Virus record (IMG/VR): IMGVR_UViG_3300011971_000003
Location: 1-38,922 of that record
Direction: 5' to 3' (one strand)
Origin: a virus
Taxonomy: Duplodnaviria > Caudoviricetes
DNA length: 38,922 bases
The position numbers were made by a program, and so were the translations under genes. Positions 8,832 through 17,940 of the stretch are shown piece after piece. Positions within the stretch are counted from its first letter, which is position 1, and each line of letters starts with the position of its first letter. Under the pieces are notes generated by a model that ran no database searches, was not told where the DNA came from, and worked only from the letters and a program-made list of their open reading frames with translations.

Positions 8832-9518
8832 CTATAAATAGAATTTTTCTAATTCCTCAGGACTTGTTTTAGTTATCTGCTTAGGTCTGTTCCTAACTGC
8901 CTTTGCTAATAATGCTCTGATGTTGTTTGACCGCTCGTTTATATCCTCAACTAAATCTGTTTCATCTTCTTCAAAGTGTTCAATCATTCTAGGTGTGATC
9001 CGCTCAGCAATCGCTTTGACTGGTGTTCCACCCATTGCCGCAATTACTTCTTTCAACCTCTGAGGTGTTCTTGCATCCGTGGATTCCCTTTTTTCAAGTG
9101 CTTCATAAGCCATGCGAAATTGTCCTCTGATTACGTCAGGTTCTTCGCTTAAGCAAAGCCCCTTCCACCCTATGGACTCCGCTGCTTTCCTTGTTAATGG
9201 TGGTAGACTTTGCAGAGCTTCTGTCTCTCTGTAACTCCCGAAGTATCGTATTGCCTTTAATACATCTGCATAAGCGTCAGGAGCCGCCTGGATAACTTGT
9301 CCTGTCACTTGTAGGGCTGCTCCCCTAAATACTGCTGGCATTGGTAAGAAGGGGTTTTCTAGGGTTGCTATTACTTTTCGAGCTGCGGTGATTGCTACTT
9401 CATAAGGAAGGTCGTTCAGGGCATCCCAGTACACTTCCATTCTTTGTGGGGAAGGTTTTGTATCAGTGGTAATTGACGTAATGTATGAATAAAATTTAGC
9501 AAACTCAGGCTTGTCCAT
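8832..9518 (-). CDS. Helicase loader/inhibitor (SPP1 G39P-like)
   Basis: Follows the replication initiator; W..L.DL.YE...FLPMPA...IGWKGLC...RGQF pattern. Confidence 0.7.
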   Translation of the reverse strand: MDKPEFAKFYSYITSITTDTKPSPQRMEVYWDALNDLPYEVAITAARKVIATLENPFLPMPAVFRGAALQVTGQVIQAAPDAYADVLKAIRYFGSYRETEALQSLPPLTRKAAESIGWKGLCLSEEPDVIRGQFRMAYEALEKRESTDARTPQRLKEVIAAMGGTPVKAIAERITPRMIEHFEEDETDLVEDINERSNNIRALLAKAVRNRPKQITKTSPEELEKFYL

Positions 9519-10410
9519 TATCTACCTCCTCGTGCATTGCTAACCATTGGGCCGTTACATCATCTTGTACGGATGTTCCGGTTTGTTTCCATCTTGATTC
9601 AGGCTTGTCAGCTCGTTTTACGGATTTCATTTTCATGGTGAGTTGGTCGAATTTTTCCCTGAGTGTGCTAGTTGATAAGATGTTACCCATCCAAAAACTG
9701 TCCTGTTGACACCACCTGATAACCTCCTGGATCTCAACGGCTCCCCTGTTATCCCTGCGTATCATTAAGTCGATTGACTTTGCCCATGCTTGCAGATTAG
9801 GTTTCTTGGCGTTAGGGTTGTTTAAAAGGATTAGATTATAAAGTTCACAAGCGAGGGAAAGTTCAATTGCATCGTCGGAAAACTTGTTTTTCGATAAAGA
9901 AGGTTTTATATCTTTATCTATATCTAATTTTCTATCTAACTCTATCTCTAGGAGTGGATTTTCAACGGACTTCTCTTGGACTGTCCTTGGACTGTCCTTG
10001 GACACATCCCCAATTAGTGATAGTTTTTTATTAGCCCTCTCTATGCGTTTGCGATCCCTGTCTCTTTCCTTTAACTTCTCCATACCTTCAATGTTCTGGT
10101 GCTTTCCCCAATTGGTTATGAGGATTATGTTTTCGTCATATTCGATCATTCCAAGTCTCTGGAATGTTTCAAGTGCTAACTTAATTATGGTTATCGGTTT
10201 CCTGAACTTATGAGAGAGCATATCTTCTGTGTAAGGTATTCTCTCCGTTAGGTAGATGTATCCGCCAGCGTTGCACTTCCCAGCTAGAGATAAGAGTCTA
10301 ATCCATATCACTATGATTGCATCAGCTTCGGGAAGACTCGTTATGAAGTCGATCTTTTCATCATCAAACATGTCCGTTGTGATCTTGATCCACTTAACAT
10401 CAGATGCCAT
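9505..10410 (-). CDS. Phage replisome organizer (lytic replication initiator)
   Basis: VKWIKITTDMFDDEKI N-terminal domain; DSFWMGNILS..LREKFDQL C-terminus. Confidence 0.9.
   Translation of the reverse strand: MASDVKWIKITTDMFDDEKIDFITSLPEADAIIVIWIRLLSLAGKCNAGGYIYLTERIPYTEDMLSHKFRKPITIIKLALETFQRLGMIEYDENIILITNWGKHQNIEGMEKLKERDRDRKRIERANKKLSLIGDVSKDSPRTVQEKSVENPLLEIELDRKLDIDKDIKPSLSKNKFSDDAIELSLACELYNLILLNNPNAKKPNLQAWAKSIDLMIRRDNRGAVEIQEVIRWCQQDSFWMGNILSTSTLREKFDQLTMKMKSVKRADKPESRWKQTGTSVQDDVTAQWLAMHEEVDNGQA
9967..10010. repeat. Four 11-bp iterons (putative lytic origin)
   Basis: GGACTTCTCTT GGACTGTCCTT GGACTGTCCTT GGACACATCCC inside the initiator gene. Confidence 0.7.
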
Positions 10411-10423
10411 TCTTTCTCCTTTT

Positions 10424-11047
10424 CTATTGGTTAGCTTTGTAAAATGCTTGAGCGAATCCCTGGGGGGTTATACTGCGCCTGACTTGCCGCTTGTCTAATC
10501 CGCATCCTTTGTTATAGATAAATCCTTCTGGAAGTTCTGGAAGATCAGAATTAACTATGCGGTCGAATTTTCGTTTCGTGCATTCAATTGGTTTCTTAAC
10601 AGGCACAGTGAAATTTCCCCATATTTGAGTTCGTTTTCTGAGGTCGTCACCATATTCGTGTGGACTAAATTCCAATGCAGGATTACCTAAGAACTTTTGA
10701 AGGAATCCTCTTGGATTTTCTAATGCCCAAAATTTAAGAGTGGTTTTTTGTGCTGTTTTATACGGTAGCTTATATTGCTGTTGCCATATTATTTCGAGAC
10801 ATCTCTTAACGAGTTTCATTGCTTCTTCAAGATCTCTTTCTTCTTTCGCGCTCATCCTAGCAAATGAAAATTGTGTGCAAGTTGGAGCTGCGAGTATGCC
10901 GTATACCCCACTTGGAGGTTCATAGGAGAATAGGTCATGCTCTGGAAGGGTTATTAGCCTAACGTCATATCCTGCATCCTTATACGGCTTGCTCCAACTT
11001 GCTGTCCCTCCGCACAAATCAAGTACGACTTTATCGCTGTTATCCAT
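10424..11047 (-). CDS. Short C5-cytosine DNA methyltransferase-like protein
   Basis: VLDLCGG, AAPTCTQFS, ALENP, RKRT motifs. Confidence 0.75.
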   Translation of the reverse strand: MDNSDKVVLDLCGGTASWSKPYKDAGYDVRLITLPEHDLFSYEPPSGVYGILAAPTCTQFSFARMSAKEERDLEEAMKLVKRCLEIIWQQQYKLPYKTAQKTTLKFWALENPRGFLQKFLGNPALEFSPHEYGDDLRKRTQIWGNFTVPVKKPIECTKRKFDRIVNSDLPELPEGFIYNKGCGLDKRQVRRSITPQGFAQAFYKANQ

Positions 11048-11186
11048 TCTCTTGCCCTAGTGCTGCTACTTTCTTCGCCCAAAACCTTTCCATGATGGCC
11101 TTCTGCTTGTCCGGGTTCTTCTTTCTCCACTCTCTGTAGTAAGCCGGGTCCCTTGGTTTCTTATCTATAGCTGTGTTAGTAGCCAT
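11040..11186 (-). CDS. 48-aa basic phage protein
   Basis: GGAGG RBS; MATNTAIDKKPRDPAYYREWRKKNPDKQKAIMERFWAKK. Confidence 0.7.
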   Translation of the reverse strand: MATNTAIDKKPRDPAYYREWRKKNPDKQKAIMERFWAKKVAALGQENG

Positions 11187-11608
11187 CTTTGCATCCTCCA
11201 AAATTCTTTTACATTTTTTGTGTTGTGCATATTGACTAACTTACACAAGTGTTGTAATATAAACACAAGCAAAGCAAACAGACACCTTGCACAACAAGCT
11301 GATTTTTGTTTTTGCCCGGCCACTTCAATGGTCAAGCGTTCTTTGCGGAACATATTACTTAGGGCTTAGGCTCGATCGGCGTTCTCTCAGTTCCTCAATT
11401 ATTACCAGTAATTGAAGGTCTGTGAGTGCGCCAAATCCTTATTTTTCATTACGATTCATCTACCAGCTCCCTTCTATGATCGGGGCTTATTTCCTATGCT
11501 TTATTATATCACAATATGGGCAATATGTACATATAACACAACATATAATATATGAACAATTTGACCACAACATGCCTGTCTGATACAATCTATTTAGGAG
11601 TGATGAAA

Positions 11609-11791
11609 ATGTCTAGAGAAAATCCAGAAGAGAATTTTAAACGATTTCCAGCATTGCTGCGGCCTTCGCAGTTTGTGGAGATTGATCGTTATCGCCAGGA
11701 TACTGGGACATTGCCGAATACGGCAGAAGCGATCCGTGACCTAGTTGATCTTGGTTTAAAAGCATATTGGGAGGGGAAGAGCCGGGAGTGA
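11609..11791 (+). CDS. Ribbon-helix-helix-like regulator (moron)
   Basis: KRFPALL...EIDRYR...TAEAIRDLVDLGL; own promoter TTGACC-N17-TACAAT and terminator. Confidence 0.7.
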   Translation: MSRENPEENFKRFPALLRPSQFVEIDRYRQDTGTLPNTAEAIRDLVDLGLKAYWEGKSRE

Positions 11792-12130
11792 CCGGCTCTT
11801 TTTTATTCTATTTTGTTCTATTTTGTTGTACGCGCAATCAATACACACATTATCTTCCCTCACCCTATCCTCGTGGTAGTAAACTTCATCATCAACTATC
11901 GACATGATAACTTCACATTTCCGCACGAATAGGGGGTCACTGAGGATGTACGTCACTCTCCTTTCAACCTCTTCGCCTGTGTATGAACCATCGTGTTTCC
12001 AATATTACCGAAGCACTAATATGTCCCCAACTTTGAAATCTCTGTCATTTACACGCACCTCAAATGTCTTGTTTCCAGATTTTACGGCCTCGAAGTATTC
12101 GGCCCATGTTTTGAGAAAGTGCTTTGACAT
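11756..12130 (-). pseudogene. DUF3850/ASCH-like gene with in-frame TAA
   Basis: MSKHFLKTWAEYFEAVKSGNKTFEVR...GDILVLR*YWKHDGSYTG; stop at 12005-12007. Confidence 0.8.
11778..11806 (+). terminator. Intrinsic terminator
   Basis: AGAGCCGG-gagtga-CCGGCTCT then TTTTT. Confidence 0.8.
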
Positions 12131-12337
12131 AAACACAACTCCTTTTCGTTTTATCCCAATGGCTGGAAGGGAGAGCAACGCGTTTCACCCTTCCAAGGTC
12201 CGTCCATTTACCCTAAATCCGAATTGTCCACCTTTATTTCATCTATCCTGGTCTATTATTGATACCCTCGCATAAGATAGTATGATTGTGATTTTTAAGT
12301 GAAAGTGTTTAAAATGAGGGTCCGAAGCCCAGTGTTG

Positions 12338-12508
12338 TTATTCCGGTTCCCAATAACACATTTCTGACTCCATTTCTTCAATGAGATCATCAATAGTTAC
12401 AATTGGTTCATCTTGCCCTGAAAATGCTTCAAATTCAGCCTTTAGTATTCCGTTAGCCTTATTATAAATCTCAATTAGTTCAAATAATCGCATAAGTCTT
12501 TCATTCAT
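12338..12508 (-). CDS. 56-aa acidic hypothetical protein
   Basis: GGAG RBS; MNERLMRLFELIEIY...CYWEPE. Confidence 0.65.
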   Translation of the reverse strand: MNERLMRLFELIEIYNKANGILKAEFEAFSGQDEPIVTIDDLIEEMESEMCYWEPE

Positions 12509-12522
12509 GTTCCCCACTCCTT

Positions 12523-12675
12523 CTATTTAACTAATTTACTAGCGAAGTTCTTTAGCTGCCCCCCTGATAAATTAGCTCTGCACCAAGTAACATTGTTTGG
12601 TGCATTAACTATCTTCTGTTGTATGCGCTGCTTCTCTTGATAGCGAAGGCGGCGCGTGTTGTCGTTGTTTGGCAT
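12523..12675 (-). CDS. 50-aa hypothetical protein
   Basis: AGGAG RBS; MPNNDNTRRLRY... Confidence 0.55.
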   Translation of the reverse strand: MPNNDNTRRLRYQEKQRIQQKIVNAPNNVTWCRANLSGGQLKNFASKLVK

Positions 12676-12686
12676 TGTGTCAACTC

Positions 12687-13217
12687 CTAACTAATACAGG
12701 ACACTTGTTTTTCAAATAGCTCCATTTGTACAAATATGGGTATCCTATACGGTTTGGGGTAGATTCTTCGCGTATCTACATGGCAGGAATTACATAACCA
12801 TTGAACATTTAATGGCTTACTGTAATCCTCATGATGTCCTTCTAGTTTTGTTTTTTGACCACATTTAGAGCATCTAATAGGCTTTATTACTAACCCATCC
12901 CTTACTGCATTACCAAGGGCTGTTTGAGCGTGGTATTTTTCTGGATACTTATTTCTATATCTTCTTTGCGACTCTGCCTGTCTACCATCCTCTACCCATG
13001 TTTGTGTAACTTTTTTCCTAAGGGCAATACGTTGAGGATAGTTAGCTCGTTTTCTATCATACGCTTGGCAGTATTCTAGATTATCAGAACGATGTTTGCT
13101 GGCATCTTCCTTGGTACACTCTTTGCATTTATTAAGGTGTCCGTCACCCATTGTTGAGTGACGGTAAAATTCATCAATCTTTTTAGCTGCTCCACATTTG
13201 AAGCATTTTTTCATCAA
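12687..13217 (-). CDS. HNH-like Zn-finger protein
   Basis: CFKC...CKEC; CSKCG...[19 protein letters not shown]. Confidence 0.8.
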   Translation of the reverse strand: MMKKCFKCGAAKKIDEFYRHSTMGDGHLNKCKECTKEDASKHRSDNLEYCQAYDRKRANYPQRIALRKKVTQTWVEDGRQAESQRRYRNKYPEKYHAQTALGNAVRDGLVIKPIRCSKCGQKTKLEGHHEDYSKPLNVQWLCNSCHVDTRRIYPKPYRIPIFVQMELFEKQVSCIS

Positions 13218-13609
13218 AAAGGTATGTCCGAATCTAGGTTAACCTCATGCCCTAAAGAGGATCCTATTGCGTTGTTGTGATCCTGTGGTTCTCCCTTGGG
13301 ACTTAAGAATTGTACATTTTCCCCAATGATTTCAGTGATATACACCTTTTGATTATCCTTGTTGGTGTAATTTCTCGTTTGTATCCGACCATCTACGGCG
13401 CACATACGGCCTTTATCCAAATAATTTGCGCATAGCTCAGCAAGCTGTTTATATACCAAAACGGGTAGGAAGTCGCATTCCTTCTCCCCTTGTGCGTTCT
13501 TGAATGTCCGGTCAACTGCTAGAGTAAAGTTGGTTACAGCAACACCCTGTGGCGTATAACGTAATTCTGGTGATTTCGTTAATCTCCCGATAAGAATAGA
13601 TTTATTCAT
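13214..13609 (-). CDS. ssb: Single-stranded DNA-binding protein
   Basis: [19 protein letters not shown]...DIPF. Confidence 0.97.
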   Translation of the reverse strand: MNKSILIGRLTKSPELRYTPQGVAVTNFTLAVDRTFKNAQGEKECDFLPVLVYKQLAELCANYLDKGRMCAVDGRIQTRNYTNKDNQKVYITEIIGENVQFLSPKGEPQDHNNAIGSSLGHEVNLDSDIPF

Positions 13610-13612
13610 TGA

Positions 13613-14272
13613 TTATCTTCCTCCTTGTTGTTGTGGTACTTTTCGGCAATCCATGCAGGTTGGTGGGTTTATTCCTTGTTGCTGGCAATACTTAACTACT
13701 CCTGGTCCTATGGGTTTACCGCATGTGCATTTACTTCCTACGTCACTTTGATTCCCTGTTGATCCAAATGGTAAGACGTTGGGCTGCGTGACACCCTGTG
13801 GACGCTGTGTGGTCTGTGGTGGGGTGTCCGTTCTACCGTTGTTGTACTTGGTGTTGTCTGCTTGCCAGTAGATATCTGCCGCGAATCCAAGAGCCTTACA
13901 GCTAACTGATATTGCATCTGTCAGGGCCATCTTAAAGCATTCATCAGAGGTATAAAGTCCACTTGATTCTTTAGCTACGAACGAGCTCCCTCCGGTCCCG
14001 GGTATAGCGTCCGACCATGCCCCCTCGACTTTGATAAATAAGTCAATATTGACGAAGGCCGCTATTTCTTCCTTGCCACCAGTTTCCAGCCATTGCTTTG
14101 TTATGACGTATTTCCAGCCAATTCCGCACATTCCGAATTGCTCCGTGAGGGACTTTAGCCTCCACATGGGATTAATGTCAGATTTTCCCTTAAGTCTGCC
14201 ACCTAGGATTGGCTTAATGGCTTCTGGTGGTGGCTGGCGTACTGCGTTGTAGACGGTTAGGTTATCGATCAT
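13613..14272 (-). CDS. Single-strand annealing recombinase (Rad52/Sak-like)
   Basis: INPMWR..LTEQFG.CGIGW...FKMALTDAI...LGFAADIY; lies between gam and ssb. Confidence 0.75.
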   Translation of the reverse strand: MIDNLTVYNAVRQPPPEAIKPILGGRLKGKSDINPMWRLKSLTEQFGMCGIGWKYVITKQWLETGGKEEIAAFVNIDLFIKVEGAWSDAIPGTGGSSFVAKESSGLYTSDECFKMALTDAISVSCKALGFAADIYWQADNTKYNNGRTDTPPQTTQRPQGVTQPNVLPFGSTGNQSDVGSKCTCGKPIGPGVVKYCQQQGINPPTCMDCRKVPQQQGGR

Positions 14273-14421
14273 CTGAAATTCTCCCTATCTTCAAATTCCG
14301 TGCATTCAATAATATTATCGTTTCCGACTCCGTCTCCATATTCGACGTTTTGTGGTCTTGCTGCGCATGTTGGTATTTCAAATATGCAAGTGTCGCATAG
14401 GTTAATTTTTGTATCTTCCAT
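14269..14421 (-). CDS. 50-aa Cys-containing hypothetical protein
   Basis: GGAGG RBS; MEDTKINLCDTC... Confidence 0.65.
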   Translation of the reverse strand: MEDTKINLCDTCIFEIPTCAARPQNVEYGDGVGNDNIIECTEFEDRENFR

Positions 14422-14425
14422 TTAC

Positions 14426-14971
14426 TCACGCCTCCAATTTTATTGACAACTTCGGTTCACGTTCAGACACAATAACTCCGGGAACTAGCTCTCCTGTGTT
14501 CCCATTGATCAACCTACCATTCTTAAGGGTGTAGTAATCCTTGATAAGATCTTTTATGGGTTCCATTTTGACCTTCAAGAGAGCTGTCTTTCTCTCCCCC
14601 TCTAAGTAAGCAACTAGCACTTCATCGTCATACTCCCATTGATCTTTCTGCTTATGGAAGTTGACTTTGCCATAAGGAGTTTTGTTGCCCTTCCACTTGG
14701 GGTCCTCCGCTATCTGCGCTTTGGCGTACTGTCCGATAATTCCCTCAAAGTATTGCCTAGTTGATTGATAAGATGAGTCTTGCTTTTCATACCACTTCGC
14801 TATGCGGTCAATCTCAGCATTGCAGAGAGCTAAGTCCTCACTGTGTGATTTCTCGAGCGTCGATAGTTTGCGTAAAGCCCAGTTAAGGGAAGATAGGTCT
14901 GTTATTTGGAAACGCTGTTCGACAAGGACCTCTTTTAGTTCTTCGGTTTCGATAGTGTCTAGCCAGTTCAT
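14426..14971 (-). CDS. gam: Mu Gam-like host-nuclease inhibitor
   Basis: FQITDLSSLNWALRKL...KTPYGKVNF...VPGV. Confidence 0.85.
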   Translation of the reverse strand: MNWLDTIETEELKEVLVEQRFQITDLSSLNWALRKLSTLEKSHSEDLALCNAEIDRIAKWYEKQDSSYQSTRQYFEGIIGQYAKAQIAEDPKWKGNKTPYGKVNFHKQKDQWEYDDEVLVAYLEGERKTALLKVKMEPIKDLIKDYYTLKNGRLINGNTGELVPGVIVSEREPKLSIKLEA

Positions 14972-15306
14972 GCCGTTTCCTCCTTATCTTCAAATCTATA
15001 TTTAGTTAATGGACGGTCTGTTTCACATCCACCAGGGCAATGACTCTCATGTTTGCAATTAGGGCAATCATCATCTATCTCAGTCTGGAAAGTGTCTACT
15101 CGTGGGTCCTTAGTCCCTCCGCATGATCCGAATATACATTCATCACAAGTAACTTCCCCAGCAAACTCATATTCGCAATCGTATTCCGTACTCTCTCCGT
15201 TAAAGCTAGAGTAACCCTTGCATTCAGTATTTTTATCAAGTATTCCGAGACTCAATTTATCTTCGTAATCGTGATCTGTTTCCTCATCCCAATCATTTAT
15301 ACTCAT
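14968..15306 (-). CDS. Cys-rich acidic hypothetical protein
   Basis: 112 aa, coupled ORF. Confidence 0.65.
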   Translation of the reverse strand: MSINDWDEETDHDYEDKLSLGILDKNTECKGYSSFNGESTEYDCEYEFAGEVTCDECIFGSCGGTKDPRVDTFQTEIDDDCPNCKHESHCPGGCETDRPLTKYRFEDKEETA

Positions 15307-15497
15307 CGTATATATCCTCCACTGTAGCGTTCTCCTAATTCCTCGCGTGACTCATGATACTCAAAATAATCCTCATTCCTTGTGCGCCTATCCTGTGGCC
15401 TTACAACTCGTTTTATGTCCTCGAATGGTTGTTGCTGAATGAAGTGTTGCGCTAGGATGTTGTCGAATAATGGATGCACTTTTTTAACGTCAATCAT
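15303..15497 (-). CDS. Hypothetical protein
   Basis: 64 aa, coupled ORF. Confidence 0.6.
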   Translation of the reverse strand: MIDVKKVHPLFDNILAQHFIQQQPFEDIKRVVRPQDRRTRNEDYFEYHESREELGERYSGGYIR

Positions 15498-15503
15498 TTG
15501 TCA

Positions 15504-15659
15504 CTACCCTCCAATCTGGTAGATAACTTCACAATCATCCGTGTCTTCAATATCTTCGACCTCTTCGACTTCTGTTATCATTCCACTTTCGTCAACCCAA
15601 ACGATTGCTACGCCAGTAAACGTCCCCTTAACCTTTGCCTTTATCTTTTTAAAACTCAT
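15504..15659 (-). CDS. 51-aa hypothetical protein
   Basis: MSFKKIKAKVKGTF...; ATGA overlap with upstream gene. Confidence 0.6.
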   Translation of the reverse strand: MSFKKIKAKVKGTFTGVAIVWVDESGMITEVEEVEDIEDTDDCEVIYQIGG

Positions 15660-15865
15660 GCTACTTCCCCCAATTTCTCCACTGATGTCCTAACCGCTTT
15701 AACCCTAACTAACGAGCCATGTTCCCGAGCATAACGATTCTCCGCTGCCCTCTCAACCATTGCCTTGTTGGCATTACGTGTGATTCTCTCAATCACTGGG
15801 TAGATGGTGAATTCTAGGCCAGCCTGCTTTAGTGTGACTTGGAGGATGATTGTGTATTTACGCAT
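15656..15865 (-). CDS. Hypothetical protein
   Basis: AGGAGG RBS before MRKYTIIL. Confidence 0.6.
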   Translation of the reverse strand: MRKYTIILQVTLKQAGLEFTIYPVIERITRNANKAMVERAAENRYAREHGSLVRVKAVRTSVEKLGEVA

Positions 15866-16187
15866 GGTGTCCCTCCTGTCGAATGATTTCTTCGGGTTCC
15901 CAAGTCGGTATGATTGCACCTTCCAAATCATCAATGGTTATGGTAGAATCAGGTTGTATAATTTCCTTTGGGCCCTCTGTATCAGCAGGGGGTTTCTCTG
16001 CGTTCCAAGGTAGTGATTCGTCAAACCAAACGGCGTAATAGGCGTCCACAACTTCCTCGATTTCTTCCATTCTTTTTAGATTTCCATGTTCCTTAATGAT
16101 TGCTCCGATTGTTCCCATGGCTGAATGGGTTAGTGACCTTCTCCCTTGGCCTATGGCAATGACTGTCATTTGCTCCATAGCTGTCAT
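15858..16187 (-). CDS. Hypothetical protein
   Basis: 109 aa with RBS. Confidence 0.65.
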   Translation of the reverse strand: MTAMEQMTVIAIGQGRRSLTHSAMGTIGAIIKEHGNLKRMEEIEEVVDAYYAVWFDESLPWNAEKPPADTEGPKEIIQPDSTITIDDLEGAIIPTWEPEEIIRQEGHHA

Positions 16188-16206
16188 CGTTAAACCCCCT
16201 TAATAT

Positions 16207-16590
16207 TCACCAGTCTTCCTTTTCATCAAGTAAGCCAATTTTATACAGAATTTCTGCTTCATCGTGCTTTACATATTTACCACCGCATGTATTCACCGAG
16301 CTTCCTAGTGGAGTTCCGGGTTTATACCACCCGTTGTCAAATTCATCTTGGGTAATTTTAGCCCCATCAGGCACCATAAATTTTTCGTTACCTCCAGTTT
16401 TCATCATGTTGTCGTAATGCTCAAACTCTACTTTTCTGTCATACCCCAGTTTGTCATAAGATCCAATTTCGCTTGCTCCGCAATTGTCACAGTAATAAGG
16501 TCCGCACTGTACATGTCCTACCCCAACATCAACCCAATCGGCCTCACATTCTGCTTTGCAATAAGGACAATTCTGCTTTTCGAAACTCAT
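16207..16590 (-). CDS. Zn-ribbon hypothetical protein
   Basis: CPYC...VDVGVG..QCGPYYCDNC. Confidence 0.75.
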   Translation of the reverse strand: MSFEKQNCPYCKAECEADWVDVGVGHVQCGPYYCDNCGASEIGSYDKLGYDRKVEFEHYDNMMKTGGNEKFMVPDGAKITQDEFDNGWYKPGTPLGSSVNTCGGKYVKHDEAEILYKIGLLDEKEDW

Positions 16591-16602
16591 TTACTATTCC
16601 TC

Positions 16603-16797
16603 CTAATCTTTCTTGAACAGATAGTCCAGGTCAATACCTAATGCCTCCGCTACCTTAGTTATGGCCTTAATACTTCCTACTGAATCTGTTTCCATTTCGC
16701 TGATCGTGTTGTGCTTCAATCCGGAACGTTCTCCCAATTCCCTCTGACTCCATCCCTTAAGGGTTCGATATTTCCTAACTTGTTTACCCATTGTCAT
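16603..16797 (-). CDS. Cro-like XRE HTH regulator
   Basis: GWSQRELGERSGL...ISEME; first gene of the leftward early operon. Confidence 0.9.
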   Translation of the reverse strand: MTMGKQVRKYRTLKGWSQRELGERSGLKHNTISEMETDSVGSIKAITKVAEALGIDLDYLFKKD

Positions 16798-16813
16798 CGT
16801 CTGCTCCCCTTTC

Positions 16814-16980
16814 TTCGTTTTTAACGAATATTCATGATAAAAAAATATCCATTTTCTTGCTCGGACTCTTAATGTGTGTGATTAACTATCTCTATTATAC
16901 TTCGCCATTTCCGAAATAGCAAGCTTTATTTTAATATGTTTCGTTATCGTTAAGGAGGATTTTGATTCGATAATAACGTA
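16814..16980. promoter_or_regulatory. Genetic switch: three TTCG-N7-CG(A/T)A operators and the early promoter
   Basis: Operators at 16814-16828, 16901-16915 and 16966-16980; minus-strand TTGCTA-N17-TATAAT (16922-16894) contains operator 2. Confidence 0.7.
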
Positions 16981-17019
16981 TACTATACGAATGGAAATAA
17001 TTTATTGAGGGGGTGCGAA

Positions 17020-17415
17020 ATGAACTACGGACAAAAAATAAGATTTGTGATGGAGAAAGTTAGGGGAGGTATGACATTAACGGAACTCCATAAAGCCACA
17101 GGTCTGTCTCTAAGCTATCTTAGTGAGGCAATAAATGGCAAGACCAATATGAGCATAAAGGCCCTAGAGAAGGTGGCTACCGCACTTAATGTTAGCTCAT
17201 CCTACCTATTGGATGAAAACGCCGTTACATTTAAAGAGGTTCTTGACGCTTCTAATTATGAACCCCCAGCCGATATAATAGACTTTCTTTCCAAGCAGGA
17301 CCAACTACCCTACATCATCCTCGCCAAGAAGATGTCAGACGAAGGAATCACCCCAGAGACGTGGGAGACAATATTTAACAATATCAAAAATATGATGGCA
17401 GCATTAGGCAAATAA
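17020..17415 (+). CDS. CI-like XRE repressor without S24 peptidase domain
   Basis: N-terminal HTH (MTLTELHKATGLSLSYLSEAING); divergent from cro. Confidence 0.9.
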   Translation: MNYGQKIRFVMEKVRGGMTLTELHKATGLSLSYLSEAINGKTNMSIKALEKVATALNVSSSYLLDENAVTFKEVLDASNYEPPADIIDFLSKQDQLPYIILAKKMSDEGITPETWETIFNNIKNMMAALGK

Positions 17416-17523
17416 ATTATATACCCTATAAAATAAAGTTATTTATTATAATTTTGTCATATATAGTCGAAAATAAACTCTTCTAGACATGATGTAATAA
17501 TGATATGATTATAGCCATAAAAG

Positions 17524-17535
17524 GAACTAGTGTTC
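17524..17535. promoter_or_regulatory. LexA/DinR (Cheo) SOS box
   Basis: GAAC-TAGT-GTTC matches the Firmicute consensus GAAC-N4-GTTC. Confidence 0.7.
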
Positions 17536-17557
17536 TATATGTAGCAAATTTAAGGAG

Positions 17558-17776
17558 ATGCAGCGAATGGAGATTATATCTTGTAAGCTGGATGGCATCA
17601 AATGGGCTATAGTTGGCGGTAAGGTGTTGGTGGACCCAAGATATATCAATGAGTATGTAATGTCTCTTAAGGAGGAAAAGGTTAGCTGTAAAACTAGGGC
17701 ATGTTTATTGGCGAAGGCTGCTGTATGCGTGTATTGTATTGGGGTTGCTATACATATTTTTGTTATGAGTGGATAG
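17558..17776 (+). CDS. Putative SOS-controlled small protein (candidate antirepressor)
   Basis: AAGGAG RBS; Cheo box upstream; C-terminal hydrophobic segment. Confidence 0.6.
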   Translation: MQRMEIISCKLDGIKWAIVGGKVLVDPRYINEYVMSLKEEKVSCKTRACLLAKAAVCVYCIGVAIHIFVMSG

Positions 17777-17860
17777 TATTAATTTTTGCAAAGTATTCCA
17801 TATTGGGTTATTTTGCGATAAAATAGAATATAACAGCTAATTAATAAGAAAAAGACATAG

Positions 17861-17940
17861 CAAAAACCTCCTGAAAGCGCTTGTTTGGTCGCGAACACTT
17901 TCAAGAGGCCCTATCGAGGAGTTATTTAATTTACTTATTT
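17861..17940 (-). ncRNA. Predicted antisense (counter-transcribed) replication-control RNA
   Basis: Promoter TAGACG-N17-TATACT (17974-17946); terminator hairpin 17867-17908 followed by TTTTT on the minus strand. Confidence 0.65.

Noticed and set aside
11165-11353. 62-aa minus-strand ORF
   Set aside because: No clear RBS; overlaps a better 48-aa gene and a structured region
12163-12194. TGGAAGGG/CCCTTCCA hairpin as a riboswitch
   Set aside because: Single hairpin with no recognisable aptamer motifs or U-tract
12338-16187. Shared TIDDL...WEPE words in ORFs 12338-12508 and 15858-16187, and TTTGAAGATA(A/G)GGAG near 14282 and 14980
   Set aside because: Too short and differently spaced to distinguish from chance plus RBS bias
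17020-17776. Arbitrium-type peptide signalling
   Set aside because: No TPR/RRNPP receptor or signal-peptide propeptide gene near the switch
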